Origin: Anaeromyxobacteraceae bacterium
GTDB lineage: Bacteria > Myxococcota > Myxococcia > Myxococcales > Anaeromyxobacteraceae
DNA length: 64,000 nucleotides
Assembly (NCBI GenBank): GCA_032654565.1
Contig: JAULAX010000018.1
Coordinates: 192,001-256,000, forward strand
Direction: 5' to 3'
The position numbers were made by a program, and so were the translations under genes. The notes under the pieces are model-generated. The model saw nothing but the letters and a program-made list of their open reading frames with translations, was not told the DNA's origin and ran no database searches. Of this stretch, positions 22,688 through 33,223 are shown in pieces (positions within the stretch are counted from its first letter, which is position 1; each line of letters opens with the position of its first letter).

Positions 22688-24088
22688 ATGAATCAACTCC
22701 GCGTCCTCATCGTCGATGCCGACCCGCAGCCCGGCGCCGCGCTCCGCGCCCAGGTGCGCGAGCTCGGCTTCGAGGCGATCGGGGCCGCCTCCGCCGAGGA
22801 GGCGCTGCGGCTGGCGACCGCCCTGCGTCCGGAGGTGGCGCTGCTCGAGGTGACCGCCCCCGGCTGCACCGAGGCCAGCCTGGTCCAGCGGCTGCGCGCC
22901 CTCGGCGGCACCGCGGCGGTGGTGGTGGGCGCCGGTGGCGAGGGGGCCCTGGCGCTGGTGGCGCTGCGGTCGGGCGCCGACGGCTACCTGGCCCGGCCGC
23001 ACCAGCCCTCCGGCCTGCAGGCGGCGCTGCTGCGGGCCGGCGAGCGGCGGGCGCTGCGGCTCGAGATCGCCGGGCTGCGGGAGCGGATCCGGCGCCGGCT
23101 GGCGCTGATCGGCAACTCGCCGGAGCTGGCCGCGGTCTTCGAGCTGATGCGGCGGGTGGCGCCCACCAAGGCCGCCGTCCTCATCCACGGGGAGTCGGGC
23201 GCCGGCAAGCACCACCTCGCCCAGGTGGTCCACGAGCTCTCGCCGCGGCGTGAGCGCCCCTTCGTGGCGGTCAACTGCGCCGCGGTCTCCGAGACCCTGG
23301 TCGACGCGCTCCTCTTCGGCCACGAGAAGGGGGCCTTCGAGGAGGCCGACCGGCGCCGCGTCGGCCGCGTCGACGAGGCGCGCGGCGGGACGCTCTACCT
23401 GCACGAGGTGGGGCGGCTGCCGCCGGCGGTCCAGGTGCGGCTGCTGCGGGTCCTGCAGGAGGGGGTCTTCGAGCGGATGGGCGGGCGCGAGCTGGTGTCC
23501 GCCGACGTCCGGGTGGTGGCCGGCTCCAGCCGCGACCTGGCCGAGGAGGTGCGCCACGGGCGGTTCCGCGACGACCTCTACTACCGCCTCAACGTGGTCT
23601 CGGCGACGCTGCCGCCGCTGCGCGACCGCAAGGCCGACATCCCGGCGCTGGTGGCCTTCCTGCTCGCCGAGCGGGCCAGCGCCGCGGGCGTGGCGCCGCT
23701 CACCGCCGCCCCCGGGGTGCTCTCCGCCTTCTTCGCCTACCCGTGGCCCGGCAACCTGCGAGAGCTGGCGGCGGCCGTCGAGGAGGCGGCGTCGCGGGCC
23801 ACCGGCGGCGAGGTGCGCCCCGAGGACCTGCCGGCGGTCCTCACCGGCGGCCAGGCCGAGGAGGGCGGTGGCAGCGGCCTCATCCCCGGCGCCACGCTCT
23901 TCGAGATCGAGCGCGAGGCCATCCTGCGGACCCTGGAGCAGGCGGAGGGCTCCACCGCCCGCGCCGCCGAGGTGCTGGGCGTCTCGGTGCGGAAGATCCA
24001 GTACCGGCTCAAGGAGTACCGGGCCGGCCTGCCCGGCGCCGGACTCCCCGCGGCGGTCGCCTTCGGCGGGGAGTCAGACCACCGCTGA
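22688..24088 (+). CDS. NtrC-family REC-AAA+-HTH regulator with degenerate motifs
   Basis: GESGAGK, FVAVNCAA, RFRDDLYYRLNV, WPGNLREL, Fis-type HTH; GAFTGA replaced by GAFEEA, Walker B reads LYLHE. Confidence 0.9.
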   Translation: MNQLRVLIVDADPQPGAALRAQVRELGFEAIGAASAEEALRLATALRPEVALLEVTAPGCTEASLVQRLRALGGTAAVVVGAGGEGALALVALRSGADGYLARPHQPSGLQAALLRAGERRALRLEIAGLRERIRRRLALIGNSPELAAVFELMRRVAPTKAAVLIHGESGAGKHHLAQVVHELSPRRERPFVAVNCAAVSETLVDALLFGHEKGAFEEADRRRVGRVDEARGGTLYLHEVGRLPPAVQVRLLRVLQEGVFERMGGRELVSADVRVVAGSSRDLAEEVRHGRFRDDLYYRLNVVSATLPPLRDRKADIPALVAFLLAERASAAGVAPLTAAPGVLSAFFAYPWPGNLRELAAAVEEAASRATGGEVRPEDLPAVLTGGQAEEGGGSGLIPGATLFEIEREAILRTLEQAEGSTARAAEVLGVSVRKIQYRLKEYRAGLPGAGLPAAVAFGGESDHR

Positions 24089-24145
24089 GGCCGGGCCGGG
24101 ACGGCCGCGAGGCTCAGGGCCCGCGAGGGACTCCCTCACGGCCTC

Positions 24146-25006
24146 TCAGCTCTGGGTGTAGACGTGGGCGCTCTCCTCGGCGGTGGGCAGGACGCTGATG
24201 CCGAGGTAGGTGAACATCACCACCGCGAAGCCGATGATGGCCAGCCAGGCGGCCCGGTCGCCGCGCCAGCCGCGCACCTTGCGCAGGTGCAGGTAGGCGC
24301 CGTAGACCAGCCAGGTCACCAGCGACCAGTTCTCCTTGGGATCCCAGACCCAGAAGTCACCCCAGGCGCTCTTGGCCCAGACCGAGCCCACCAGCAGGCC
24401 GACGGTGAGCAGCACGAAGCCGAAGCGGACGGCGTCGTAGCTGATGCGGTCGAGGTCGAGCGGCTCGCCGGAGAGCACCGAGCCGGCCTTCAGGGTGGTG
24501 AGCCGGTGCACGAAGGGGATGCGGCTGGCCAGCAGCTGCACCACCGCCACCCCGGTGGCGATGGCCACGGCGGCGTAGCCGATGAAGTAGACCATGACGT
24601 GGGGCACGAACCAGCCGGACTGCAGCGCCGGCGGCAGCTTGACGATCTCGGCGTCCCACTTGGCCAGGGCGTAGGCCATGGAGCCGAAGGCCATCAGGCC
24701 GCCGGCCACGCCGAAGAGCCGCGTCTTGTAGAGCCGCTCGAAGACCAGGTAGAGCAGGGCGATGCAGAAGGCGAAGAAGACCAGCGACTCGAAGAGCGAC
24801 TTGAACGGCGCCCGGCCGGCCTCCAGCCAGCGGCCGACGATGACCGCGGTGTTGAGCGCCACGCCGGCGGCCATCAGCGCGGTCCCGATCCGGCCGGGGA
24901 GCCGGCTCGGCGAGACCCAGGCCAGGCCGTAGGCCAGCGTCGAGGCCAGGTAGAGCAGGCTGGTGAGGGCGAAGAAGGGGTGTTCGAGGAAGACGTACTG
25001 GAGCAT
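24146..25006 (-). CDS. ccsA: system II cytochrome c biogenesis protein CcsA/ResC
   Basis: WWD motif WAKSAWGDFWVWDPKENWS, PALQSGW..PHV, YLH. Confidence 0.93.
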   Translation of the reverse strand: MLQYVFLEHPFFALTSLLYLASTLAYGLAWVSPSRLPGRIGTALMAAGVALNTAVIVGRWLEAGRAPFKSLFESLVFFAFCIALLYLVFERLYKTRLFGVAGGLMAFGSMAYALAKWDAEIVKLPPALQSGWFVPHVMVYFIGYAAVAIATGVAVVQLLASRIPFVHRLTTLKAGSVLSGEPLDLDRISYDAVRFGFVLLTVGLLVGSVWAKSAWGDFWVWDPKENWSLVTWLVYGAYLHLRKVRGWRGDRAAWLAIIGFAVVMFTYLGISVLPTAEESAHVYTQS

Positions 25007-25018
25007 GGGTGATCTCCT

Positions 25019-26644
25019 TCAGACCGGGGCGGCCGTGGACGCCGGGGGCGCCGGGCGGTCGATGCCGCCGCCGCGGAGGCGGGGCTCGACGTAGAGCATG
25101 TAGAAGACGCCGACGCAGATGAGCGTGAAGCCGACGAAGACCCAGAGGACGCCCGGGTCGCGGACCGCCTCGAGGCCGGAGTAGCTGGGATCCTCGGGGT
25201 TGTAGTTCACCTGGTAGAGGGTCCAGCCGCCGAAGTCCATGGGGTCGTTCACCGAGATCACGGCCCGCTCCAGGGTGTTCCCCTGGCGGGCGGTGACGTG
25301 GGAGAGGAAGGCCTTGACCTCCTTGTCGCGCTTCTCGAAGACCAGCGCCGACCGGCCGTCGCGCAGGAACACCCCGCGCGGCTGGGCGGCGGTCGCCAGG
25401 GTCTCCGAGGGCCGGCCGTTCAGCTCGGTCTCGAAGACCACCGCCGGGTTGTTCCACAGGCGGCTGCGGGTCTGGTAGACGGCGGTGCGCGTCGCGTGGG
25501 GCAGCAGCTGGTCGAAGCGGACCGCGCCGCCGAGCAGGACCAGCCCGTCGGTGAGCGGCTGGGTGGCGTCGCCGTCGGCGCGGTGGATCACGACCCGCCG
25601 CTCCTGCGCCGACACCAGCACCGCGGTGGGGTGTCCGGGCGGCGCCGGCAGCTGGTCGCCGAAGGCCACCGCCAGGGCGCCGTCGGCCGTGGTCACCACC
25701 TCGCCGGGCTGCAGCCACTGGGGGCGGCCGGCCAGCGTCACCAGCAGCGCCGCCGGCCCGTCGGCGGCCGGGGTCACCTTGGGCGCCACCTCGAAGTCGG
25801 GGTAGATGGCCTTGAGCCGGAAGCGATCGCCCTGGGGCAGCCGGTGCCAGCCGAGGTCCGGGTCGAAGCTGGTCTTCAGCTTGTAGTCGTCGAGGGCCAC
25901 GCCGTCCCGGACGATGCGGACCTTCTCGTAGTAGCCGACCCGGTACTCGGTCTCGTAGTTGACGAGGTCGAACTGGTCGAGCTTGAGCTCGAACGCCAGC
26001 TGCTCGGTGGCGCCGGTGGCCACCCCCCCCTTGGTGACGCGGACCTGGTGGGCCACGTCGCCGCCGGCGAAGAGGTCGATGCGGCCGCGCACCGAGAGCA
26101 TGCTGGAGGCGGCGGCGCCGGCGCCGGAGACCAGCAGGCCGACGTGGGCGATGAAGAACCCGGCCCGCCGGGCCGAGATGGGCCACCGCAGCGATGCCGA
26201 GGCGAGGATGGCGGCGCCGAAGAGGGCCATCAGGCCGGCGTAGGGCAGCCCGTGGAAGATGTCGTCGAAGCGGAGCGCCAGGATCAGGCCGGCCACCGCC
26301 GGGTACTTGGCCCGGTAGAGCTCGGCCGGCTTCCCCTGCAGGATCAGCGTCCCGAGGATGGCGAAGATGGCCAGGGCGATGAGCAGCGAGGAGGTGAAGC
26401 GGAAGCCGGTCAGCGTGGCCCGCAGCCGCCCCGGGACCAGGAAGGTGAGGCCGAGCAGCACCAGGCTGGCGATGCCGGTGGCCGCCACCAGGGTGGTCGG
26501 ACCGGGCGGGATCCAGATCTGGACGACGGCGCCGATGACCATGGCCCCGAAGACCAGCAGCGTGACCAGCCGGGCCTCGCGCTCGGCGGCGCTGGGGGCG
26601 GCCTCCGGCGCCGGGCCGGGGGAAGTCGAAGAGTTGCTCACCAT
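25019..26644 (-). CDS. resB: system II cytochrome c biogenesis protein ResB/CcsB
   Basis: ILGTLILQ, GFFIAHVG, ISVNDPM...LYQ, SGLEAVRDPG, C-terminal TM; next to ccsA. Confidence 0.85.
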   Translation of the reverse strand: MVSNSSTSPGPAPEAAPSAAEREARLVTLLVFGAMVIGAVVQIWIPPGPTTLVAATGIASLVLLGLTFLVPGRLRATLTGFRFTSSLLIALAIFAILGTLILQGKPAELYRAKYPAVAGLILALRFDDIFHGLPYAGLMALFGAAILASASLRWPISARRAGFFIAHVGLLVSGAGAAASSMLSVRGRIDLFAGGDVAHQVRVTKGGVATGATEQLAFELKLDQFDLVNYETEYRVGYYEKVRIVRDGVALDDYKLKTSFDPDLGWHRLPQGDRFRLKAIYPDFEVAPKVTPAADGPAALLVTLAGRPQWLQPGEVVTTADGALAVAFGDQLPAPPGHPTAVLVSAQERRVVIHRADGDATQPLTDGLVLLGGAVRFDQLLPHATRTAVYQTRSRLWNNPAVVFETELNGRPSETLATAAQPRGVFLRDGRSALVFEKRDKEVKAFLSHVTARQGNTLERAVISVNDPMDFGGWTLYQVNYNPEDPSYSGLEAVRDPGVLWVFVGFTLICVGVFYMLYVEPRLRGGGIDRPAPPASTAAPV

Positions 26645-26668
26645 GTACCTCCGTGAAAGCCCGAGACC

Positions 26669-26684
26669 AGCAAGCCACGTGCCC
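26669..26684 (-). promoter_or_regulatory. sigma54 (-24/-12) promoter for resB-ccsA
   Basis: Minus strand GGGCACG-TGGC-TTGCT, about 25 nt upstream of the resB ATG and its GGAGG RBS. Confidence 0.75.
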
Positions 26685-26999
26685 TGACTCGCGGTCCCGA
26701 AGCCCCCGGAATCCGGGGGACAACAAGCCGAATCACCCCGCCACGTCCCGCAGGATCAGCGAGGGCGCCGACCGCCGGCGCAAACGCTGCACCCGCCCGA
26801 TTCTCCCGGACCGGGACGTGGAAGAGGGCGGGAACATGGCACACCCCGGGCCGCATCGGAAGTGGAACAGGCGACCGCGAAGTCCATTCTCGTGCGGCGT
26901 ACTGGCGCCGTACTTTTCAACGGGGAGTAAACAGAGACGCGAAGAGGGCCGGCCGCGCCTGCGGTCGACCCCCTCCGGCTCCAGCGAGACGACACCCGC

Positions 27000-28310
27000 C
27001 TACATGGTCGGGCTCATGCCCGGCATGCCGGCCGGCGGGGCGCCGGTGTCGTCGGGGCCGGCGGGCGGCGCCGGGGGCACCTGCATGCCGCTGCCGTCCA
27101 TGCCCGGCTCCGCGCCGTCGTGGACCGGGCTCTCGCCGGCGTCGCCCGGATCGCTCAGCTCCACCGGCTCGACGGCCAGCGTGCAGCGGTCGGCCCAGGT
27201 GCCGGCGCCGGCGACCACCGTCCCCACCCCGCCCTGGGCGGCCACGCAGGCGGCCGGCGCCTGGGGGCGATCGCACAGGTACCACTCCTTGAAGACCATG
27301 GTGAGCGGCGCGCCCGCGGTGGCCGGCGCGTAGCAGGCGCGGCCGAAGTAGTAGCTGGAGTTCCAGCTGGCGCCGGGCACGTCGCCGCGGGGCGTGGCCA
27401 TGGGATCGACCACCGGCGGGGAGGCGGTGCGGTCGAGCGGCCTCCAGTTGGTGACCACCGAGAAGGTGCGGCCGGCCACGCCGGGGAGCCAGGCGGCCCG
27501 ACCCAGCAGCAGCTCCTCGCCGTTCGGGCCCACCAGCAGGTCACGCGGGGTGGCGACGCGGACGCGGCGGACGCCGGCGGCGTTCTTCATGCCCACGTAG
27601 GCGGCGGTGACCGGCGCCTGGACGGCGGCGTCGGGCGTGAACTCCACCAGCCGGTAGCGGAGCGACTTGGCGCCGGCGCCGTTGGCGAAGCCGGCCAGCA
27701 GGAAGCCGTCGCCCGGGGCCAGCGGCTGCACCGCCTTGAGGTTGCGCAGGTTGATGGCCAGCCGTCCGACGCCGCGGTGGCCGTGGGGGCCGCGCGCCAG
27801 CCAGCCGGCCGCCACCGGCTTGAAGTCGGCGGCGAGGGTGGAGGCGACCGGCCGGGCCTGGAGCAGCCAGGTGAAGACGTGGTCGCGCTCCCGCTTCACG
27901 CCCAGCACGAAGGTGGCCGAGGCGGCGCAGGCGCCGGCGGCGTCCTTCACCACGCAGCGGTCGGCCGGGCCGTAGACCATCCGGTCGCCGACGGCGGGGG
28001 CGCCACCGGCCTGGACCGCCTCCTCGACCCGCTCCATGACCCGGCGCAGCTCGCCGTTGAGCCCCTTGAGCTCGGCGCGCAGGGCGGCCAGCTCGTCGCC
28101 GTCGGCCGGGGCGGCGACCAGCAGCGCCTCCGGGGCCGGCGCGGCGGCAGCCGTGGCGGGCAGCACCGGCAGCCCCTCGGCGGCGCCGCCGGAGACCTCC
28201 AGGGTCAGGCCGGCGACGTCAGGGGTGGCGCCTGCGAAGTCGTCGCTCTTCTGGCCGCAGCCGGTCAGCGCCAGGGCGGCGGCGCTCAGCAAGGTGATGG
28301 TGGTCTTCAT
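27000..28310 (-). CDS. hypothetical lipoprotein
   Basis: ATG 28310 after GGAGGAG; lipobox LTGC; several Cys; Met/Pro/Gly-rich tail. Confidence 0.8.
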   Translation of the reverse strand: MKTTITLLSAAALALTGCGQKSDDFAGATPDVAGLTLEVSGGAAEGLPVLPATAAAAPAPEALLVAAPADGDELAALRAELKGLNGELRRVMERVEEAVQAGGAPAVGDRMVYGPADRCVVKDAAGACAASATFVLGVKRERDHVFTWLLQARPVASTLAADFKPVAAGWLARGPHGHRGVGRLAINLRNLKAVQPLAPGDGFLLAGFANGAGAKSLRYRLVEFTPDAAVQAPVTAAYVGMKNAAGVRRVRVATPRDLLVGPNGEELLLGRAAWLPGVAGRTFSVVTNWRPLDRTASPPVVDPMATPRGDVPGASWNSSYYFGRACYAPATAGAPLTMVFKEWYLCDRPQAPAACVAAQGGVGTVVAGAGTWADRCTLAVEPVELSDPGDAGESPVHDGAEPGMDGSGMQVPPAPPAGPDDTGAPPAGMPGMSPTM

Positions 28311-28418
28311 GTCGGGTCTCCTCCGGGGAGCGGCGCAGGGGTGTTCCCACGAGGCGCTCCTCCACCTCAACACCGGGGCCCGGCCCGGGTTGCGGTCGGC
28401 CTCCGGACCCCCCGGCAA

Positions 28419-28455
28419 GCTGCACGAAGATCAGGCAGCTGCACGAAATCCGGCA
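28419..28455. repeat. tandem repeat GCTGCACGAA...GGCA, two copies, in the divergent gltB promoter region
   Basis: GCTGCACGAAGATCAGGCA directly followed by GCTGCACGAAATCCGGCA. Confidence 0.75.
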
Positions 28456-28467
28456 GTCCTTACGGGC

Positions 28468-28497
28468 TTGACGCTCCTTCCCGCCTTGGGTCACACT
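28468..28497 (+). promoter_or_regulatory. sigma70-type promoter candidate for gltBD
   Basis: TTGACG-N18-CACACT. Confidence 0.4.
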
Positions 28498-28612
28498 CGC
28501 CGGTCCATTTCAGGACGACACGGCACAGAACCCGGTGCGCGACGTGGCCAGCGGGTGGCCAGGGCCAGCACCGGGCGGGCGGGGATCGAGCCCCACCAGG
28601 ACCAGGGAAGAG

Positions 28613-31600
28613 ATGAGCGAGACCGGTTACCCAGCCAGGCAGGGGCTCTACGATCCGCGCGACGAGAAGGACGCCTGCGGCTTCGGCTTCGTGGTCGACC
28701 TGAAGGGGCGGGCCTCCCACGACATCGTCGAGAAGGCCCTCCAGGTGCTGGTCAACCTCGAGCACCGCGGGGCGGTGGGGGCCGAGAAGGACACCGGCGA
28801 CGGCGCCGGCATCCTGCTGCAGGTCCCGCACGCCTTCCTGCGCGAGCGCTGCGGCAAGCTCGGCTTCGCGCTGCCCGGCGCCGGCCAGTACGGCGTCGGC
28901 ATGGTCTTCCTGCCGCCGGGCGCCGAGGGGCGCGCCGCCTGCGAGCGGATCGTCGACGAGACCATCCGCCTCGAGGGGCAGCGGGTGCTGGGCTGGCGCG
29001 ACGTGCCCACCGACGCCGCCACCCTGGGGCCGTCGGCCAAGAGCTCGCAGCCGGTGATCCGGCAGGTCTTCGTGGGGCGCGGCGAGGGGCCGGCCGACGA
29101 CCTGGCCTTCGAGCGGAAGCTCTACGTGATCCGCCGCCAGGTGGAGAAGAAGGTGTCGCGCTCGGCCATCCCCGGCCGCAGCCACTTCTACCTGCCCAGC
29201 CTCAGCTACAAGACCATCGTCTTCAAGGGGATGCTCAACGCCCCGCAGCTGCGCGAGTTCTACCCCGACCTGCGGGACACCGGCGTGGTCTCGGCGCTGG
29301 GCATGGTCCACTCGCGCTTCTCCACCAACACCTTCCCCTCCTGGTCGCGCGCCCACCCCTACCGCTACATCTCGCACAACGGCGAGATCAACACCCTGCG
29401 CGGCAACATCAACTGGATGCACGCCCGCCAGTCGATGATGAAGTCGGCGCTCTTCGGCGACGACCTGCAGAAGATCCTCACCGTGGTCGACACCGACGGC
29501 TCCGACTCCGGCATGTTCGACAACGTGCTGGAGCTGCTGACGCTGGCGGGGCGCGAGCTGCCCCACGCCATCATGATGATGGTGCCCGAGGCCTGGAGCC
29601 GCCACGAGGCCATGAGCGCCGAGCGGAAGGCCTTCTACGAGTTCCACTCCTGCCTGATGGAGCCCTGGGACGGCCCGGCCTCCATCGCCTTCACCGACGG
29701 CGTCCGCATCGGCGCGGTGCTGGACCGCAACGGCCTGCGCCCCAGCCGCTACTACGTCACCCGCGACGACCTGGTGGTGATGGCCTCCGAGGTCGGGGTG
29801 CTCGACATCCCCGCCGACCAGATCGTCCAGAAGGGGCGGCTGCAGCCGGGCCGGATCTTCTACGTCGACACCCTGGAGAAGCGCATCGTCCCCGACGAGG
29901 AGCTGAAGCTCCGCCTCTCCGTCGCCCAGCCCTACGCCGCCTGGCTGGAGGAGCACATGGTCCGGCTCGACCAGCTCCCCAAGCCGGGCCGGGTCATCGA
30001 GCCGGATCACGAGACGGTGCTGCGGCGGCAGGAGGTGTTCGGCTACACCTCCGAGGACGTCGAGCGGCTGATCCGCCCCATGGCCACCGACGGCGCCGAG
30101 CCCATCGGCTCGATGGGCACCGACACCCCGCTGGCGGTCCTCTCCGAGAGGCCGCAGCTGCTCTTCAGCTACTTCAAGCAGCTCTTCGCCCAGGTGACCA
30201 ACCCACCGGTCGACGCCATCCGCGAGGACCTGATCATGGCGGTGGAGACCGCGGTGGGGCCGGAGGGCAACCTGCTGGAGGCCCGGCCGGAGTCGGCCCG
30301 GCAGCTGGCGCTCCCCTCGCCGGTGATCCGCAACGAGGAGCTGGAGCGGATCCGCGGCCTCGACGGCGGGCCGGGCGCCAAGGGGCTCAAGGCCATCACC
30401 CTGCCCACGCTCTTCAAGGCCTCGGCGGGCGGCGCCGGCCTGCGCAAGGCGCTGGAGGACCTGCGCTGGCGGGTCTCGGAGTGCATCGCCGAGGGGTACA
30501 ACATCATCATCCTCTCCGACCGCGGCCTCGACGCCACCGACGCCCCCATCCCCTCGCTGCTGGCGGTCTCGGCGGTGCAGCACCACCTCATCAAGGAGGG
30601 GACCCGGACCCGCTGCGGCCTGGTGCTGGAGTCGGGCGAGCCGCGCGAGGTGCACCACTTCGCGCTGCTGACCGGCTACGGCGCCTCGGCCGTCAACCCC
30701 TACCTGGCCTTCGAGACCATCCACGACCAGGTGAAGCTGGGGATGATCCCGGGCACGGCGGCCGACGCCGAGAAGAAGTACGCCAATGCGGTCTCCAAGG
30801 GGATCGTCAAGGTCATCTCCAAGATGGGGATCTCGACCATCCAGAGCTACCACGGCGCCCAGGTGTTCGAGGCGGTGGGGCTGAACCAGGACTTCATCGA
30901 CGAGTACTTCACCTGGACCGCCACCCGCATCGGCGGCGTCGGCATCGACGTGGTGGCCACCGAGGCCCGGCAGCGCCACGAGCGCGGCTTCCCGCCGCGG
31001 CGCCCCATCGTGCACCGCAGCCTGCCGGCCGGCGGCCAGTACCAGTACCGGGCCGGCGGCGAGCACCACCTCTTCAACCCGGAGACCGTGCACCGCCTGC
31101 AGGTGGCCACCCGCACCGGCGACTACAAGGTCTTCAAGGACTACACCGCGCTGGTCGACAACCAGGCCCGCAACCTCTGCACCCTGCGCGGCCTGATGGA
31201 CCTGAAGCCGGCCGCCCGGCCGGTGCCCATCGAGGAGGTCGAGCCGGTCGAGGCCATCATGCGCCGCTTCAAGACCGGCGCCATGAGCTACGGCTCCATC
31301 TCCAAGGAGGCCCACGAGGCGCTGGCCATCGCCATGAACCGGATCGGCGGCAAGTCGAACACCGGCGAGGGCGGCGAGGACCCGGCCCGCTACACCCTGG
31401 AGCCCAACGGCGACTCCAAGAACTCGGCCATCAAGCAGGTGGCCAGCGGCCGCTTCGGCGTCACCAGCCTCTACCTGGTCAACGCCCGCGAGCTGCAGAT
31501 CAAGATGGCCCAGGGGGCCAAGCCGGGCGAGGGCGGCCAGCTGCCCGGCGGCAAGGTCTACCCGTGGATCGCCAAGGTGCGCCACGCCACCCCCGGGGTC

Positions 31601-33220
31601 GGCCTGATCTCGCCGCCGCCGCACCACGACATCTACTCCATCGAGGACCTGGCCCAGCTCATCCACGACCTCAAGAACGCCAACCACAAGGCCCGCATCT
31701 CGGTGAAGCTGGTCGCCGAGGTGGGGGTGGGCACCATCGCCGCCGGCGTCGCCAAGGCCCACGCCGACGTGGTGCTGATCTCCGGCCACGACGGCGGCAC
31801 CGGGGCCTCGCCGCTCACCTCCATCAAGCACGCCGGCATCCCCTGGGAGCTGGGCCTGGCCGAGGCCCACCAGGTGCTGGTGCTCAACGACCTGCGCAGC
31901 CGCATCGCCGTCGAGGTCGACGGCCAGCTCAAGACCGGCCGCGACGTGGTGGTTGGGGCGCTGCTGGGGGCCGAGGAGTTCGGCTTCGCCACCGGGCCGC
32001 TGGTGACGCTGGGCTGCATCATGATGCGGGCCTGCCACCTCAACACCTGCCCGGTCGGGGTGGCCACCCAGGACCCCAAGCTGCGGGCCCGCTTCACCGG
32101 CGACCCGGCCCACGTGGTCAACTTCATGCGCTTCATCGCCCAGGAGGTCCGCGAGTACATGGCCGAGCTGGGCTTCCGCACCGTCGAGGAGATGGTGGGG
32201 CGCTCGGAGCGGATCGAGATGCGCCGGGCGGTGGACCACTGGAAGGCGCGCAACCTCGACTTCTCCCGCATCCTCCACAAGCCCACGGTGCCGCGCCACT
32301 TCGGCCGCACCTGCTCCATCGCCCAGGACCACGGCGTGGAGCGCAGCCTCGACGCCACCACCCTGCTGCCGCTGGCCCGGCCGGCCATCGAGGAGGGGAA
32401 GAAGGTGGAGGCCAGCCTGCCCATCCGCAACACCAACCGGGTGGTGGGGACCATGACCGGCTCGGAGGTGACGCGCCGCCACGGCGCCGCCGGCCTGCCG
32501 CCCGGCACCATCACCTTCCGCTTCACCGGCTCGGCCGGCCAGTCCTTCGGCGCCTTCATCCCCCGCGGCCTGTCGCTGCTGCTGGAGGGCGACGCCAACG
32601 ACTACCTCGGCAAGGGGCTCTCCGGCGGCACCCTGGCGGTCTTCCCGCCCGCCGCCGCCGGCTTCGTGGCCGAGGAGAACGTCATCATCGGCAACGTCGC
32701 CCTCTACGGGGCCACCGCCGGCGAGGCCTACATCCGCGGCGTGGCCGGCGAGCGGTTCGCGGTGCGCAACTCCGGCGCCAGCGCGGTGGTGGAGGGGGTC
32801 GGCGACCACGGCTGCGAGTACATGACCGGGGGCACGGTGGCGGTGCTGGGCCAGACCGGCCGCAACTTCGCCGCCGGCATGTCGGGCGGCGTCGCCTACG
32901 TGTACGACCTCGACGGCAACTTCGCCGCCACCTGCAACACCGAGATGGCCGGGCTGGGGAAGGTGGAGGAGCCGGAGGAGGCGGGGGCCCTCAAGGCCCT
33001 CATCGAGCGCCACGTCGCCGCCACCGGCAGCGCGCTGGGCCGGCGGCTGCTGGCCGACTGGAAGGCCACGCTGTCCAAGTTCGTCCGGGTCATGCCGCAC
33101 GACTACCGGCGCATGCTGGAGTCGCAGCGGAAGCTGCGGGCCACCGGGCTGACGCAGGACGAGGCCGAGCTGGCGGCCTTCGAGATGAACGCGCTGGACC
33201 AGGCGCGGGCGGGGCACTGA
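28613..33220 (+). CDS. gltB: glutamate synthase large subunit
   Basis: [55 protein letters not shown]. Confidence 0.97.
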   Translation: MSETGYPARQGLYDPRDEKDACGFGFVVDLKGRASHDIVEKALQVLVNLEHRGAVGAEKDTGDGAGILLQVPHAFLRERCGKLGFALPGAGQYGVGMVFLPPGAEGRAACERIVDETIRLEGQRVLGWRDVPTDAATLGPSAKSSQPVIRQVFVGRGEGPADDLAFERKLYVIRRQVEKKVSRSAIPGRSHFYLPSLSYKTIVFKGMLNAPQLREFYPDLRDTGVVSALGMVHSRFSTNTFPSWSRAHPYRYISHNGEINTLRGNINWMHARQSMMKSALFGDDLQKILTVVDTDGSDSGMFDNVLELLTLAGRELPHAIMMMVPEAWSRHEAMSAERKAFYEFHSCLMEPWDGPASIAFTDGVRIGAVLDRNGLRPSRYYVTRDDLVVMASEVGVLDIPADQIVQKGRLQPGRIFYVDTLEKRIVPDEELKLRLSVAQPYAAWLEEHMVRLDQLPKPGRVIEPDHETVLRRQEVFGYTSEDVERLIRPMATDGAEPIGSMGTDTPLAVLSERPQLLFSYFKQLFAQVTNPPVDAIREDLIMAVETAVGPEGNLLEARPESARQLALPSPVIRNEELERIRGLDGGPGAKGLKAITLPTLFKASAGGAGLRKALEDLRWRVSECIAEGYNIIILSDRGLDATDAPIPSLLAVSAVQHHLIKEGTRTRCGLVLESGEPREVHHFALLTGYGASAVNPYLAFETIHDQVKLGMIPGTAADAEKKYANAVSKGIVKVISKMGISTIQSYHGAQVFEAVGLNQDFIDEYFTWTATRIGGVGIDVVATEARQRHERGFPPRRPIVHRSLPAGGQYQYRAGGEHHLFNPETVHRLQVATRTGDYKVFKDYTALVDNQARNLCTLRGLMDLKPAARPVPIEEVEPVEAIMRRFKTGAMSYGSISKEAHEALAIAMNRIGGKSNTGEGGEDPARYTLEPNGDSKNSAIKQVASGRFGVTSLYLVNARELQIKMAQGAKPGEGGQLPGGKVYPWIAKVRHATPGVGLISPPPHHDIYSIEDLAQLIHDLKNANHKARISVKLVAEVGVGTIAAGVAKAHADVVLISGHDGGTGASPLTSIKHAGIPWELGLAEAHQVLVLNDLRSRIAVEVDGQLKTGRDVVVGALLGAEEFGFATGPLVTLGCIMMRACHLNTCPVGVATQDPKLRARFTGDPAHVVNFMRFIAQEVREYMAELGFRTVEEMVGRSERIEMRRAVDHWKARNLDFSRILHKPTVPRHFGRTCSIAQDHGVERSLDATTLLPLARPAIEEGKKVEASLPIRNTNRVVGTMTGSEVTRRHGAAGLPPGTITFRFTGSAGQSFGAFIPRGLSLLLEGDANDYLGKGLSGGTLAVFPPAAAGFVAEENVIIGNVALYGATAGEAYIRGVAGERFAVRNSGASAVVEGVGDHGCEYMTGGTVAVLGQTGRNFAAGMSGGVAYVYDLDGNFAATCNTEMAGLGKVEEPEEAGALKALIERHVAATGSALGRRLLADWKATLSKFVRVMPHDYRRMLESQRKLRATGLTQDEAELAAFEMNALDQARAGH

Positions 33221-33223
33221 GCC

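Noticed and set aside
26023..26030. C8 tract in resB and G8 tract at 45171-45178 in the anti-sigma gene as phase-variation sites
   Set aside because: Short, in frame, and explained by Gly-Gly codons in a GC-rich genome
26653..26999. ORFs or ncRNA in the resB upstream region
   Set aside because: No host-like codon pattern or recognisable RNA family; better explained as a sigma54 regulatory region
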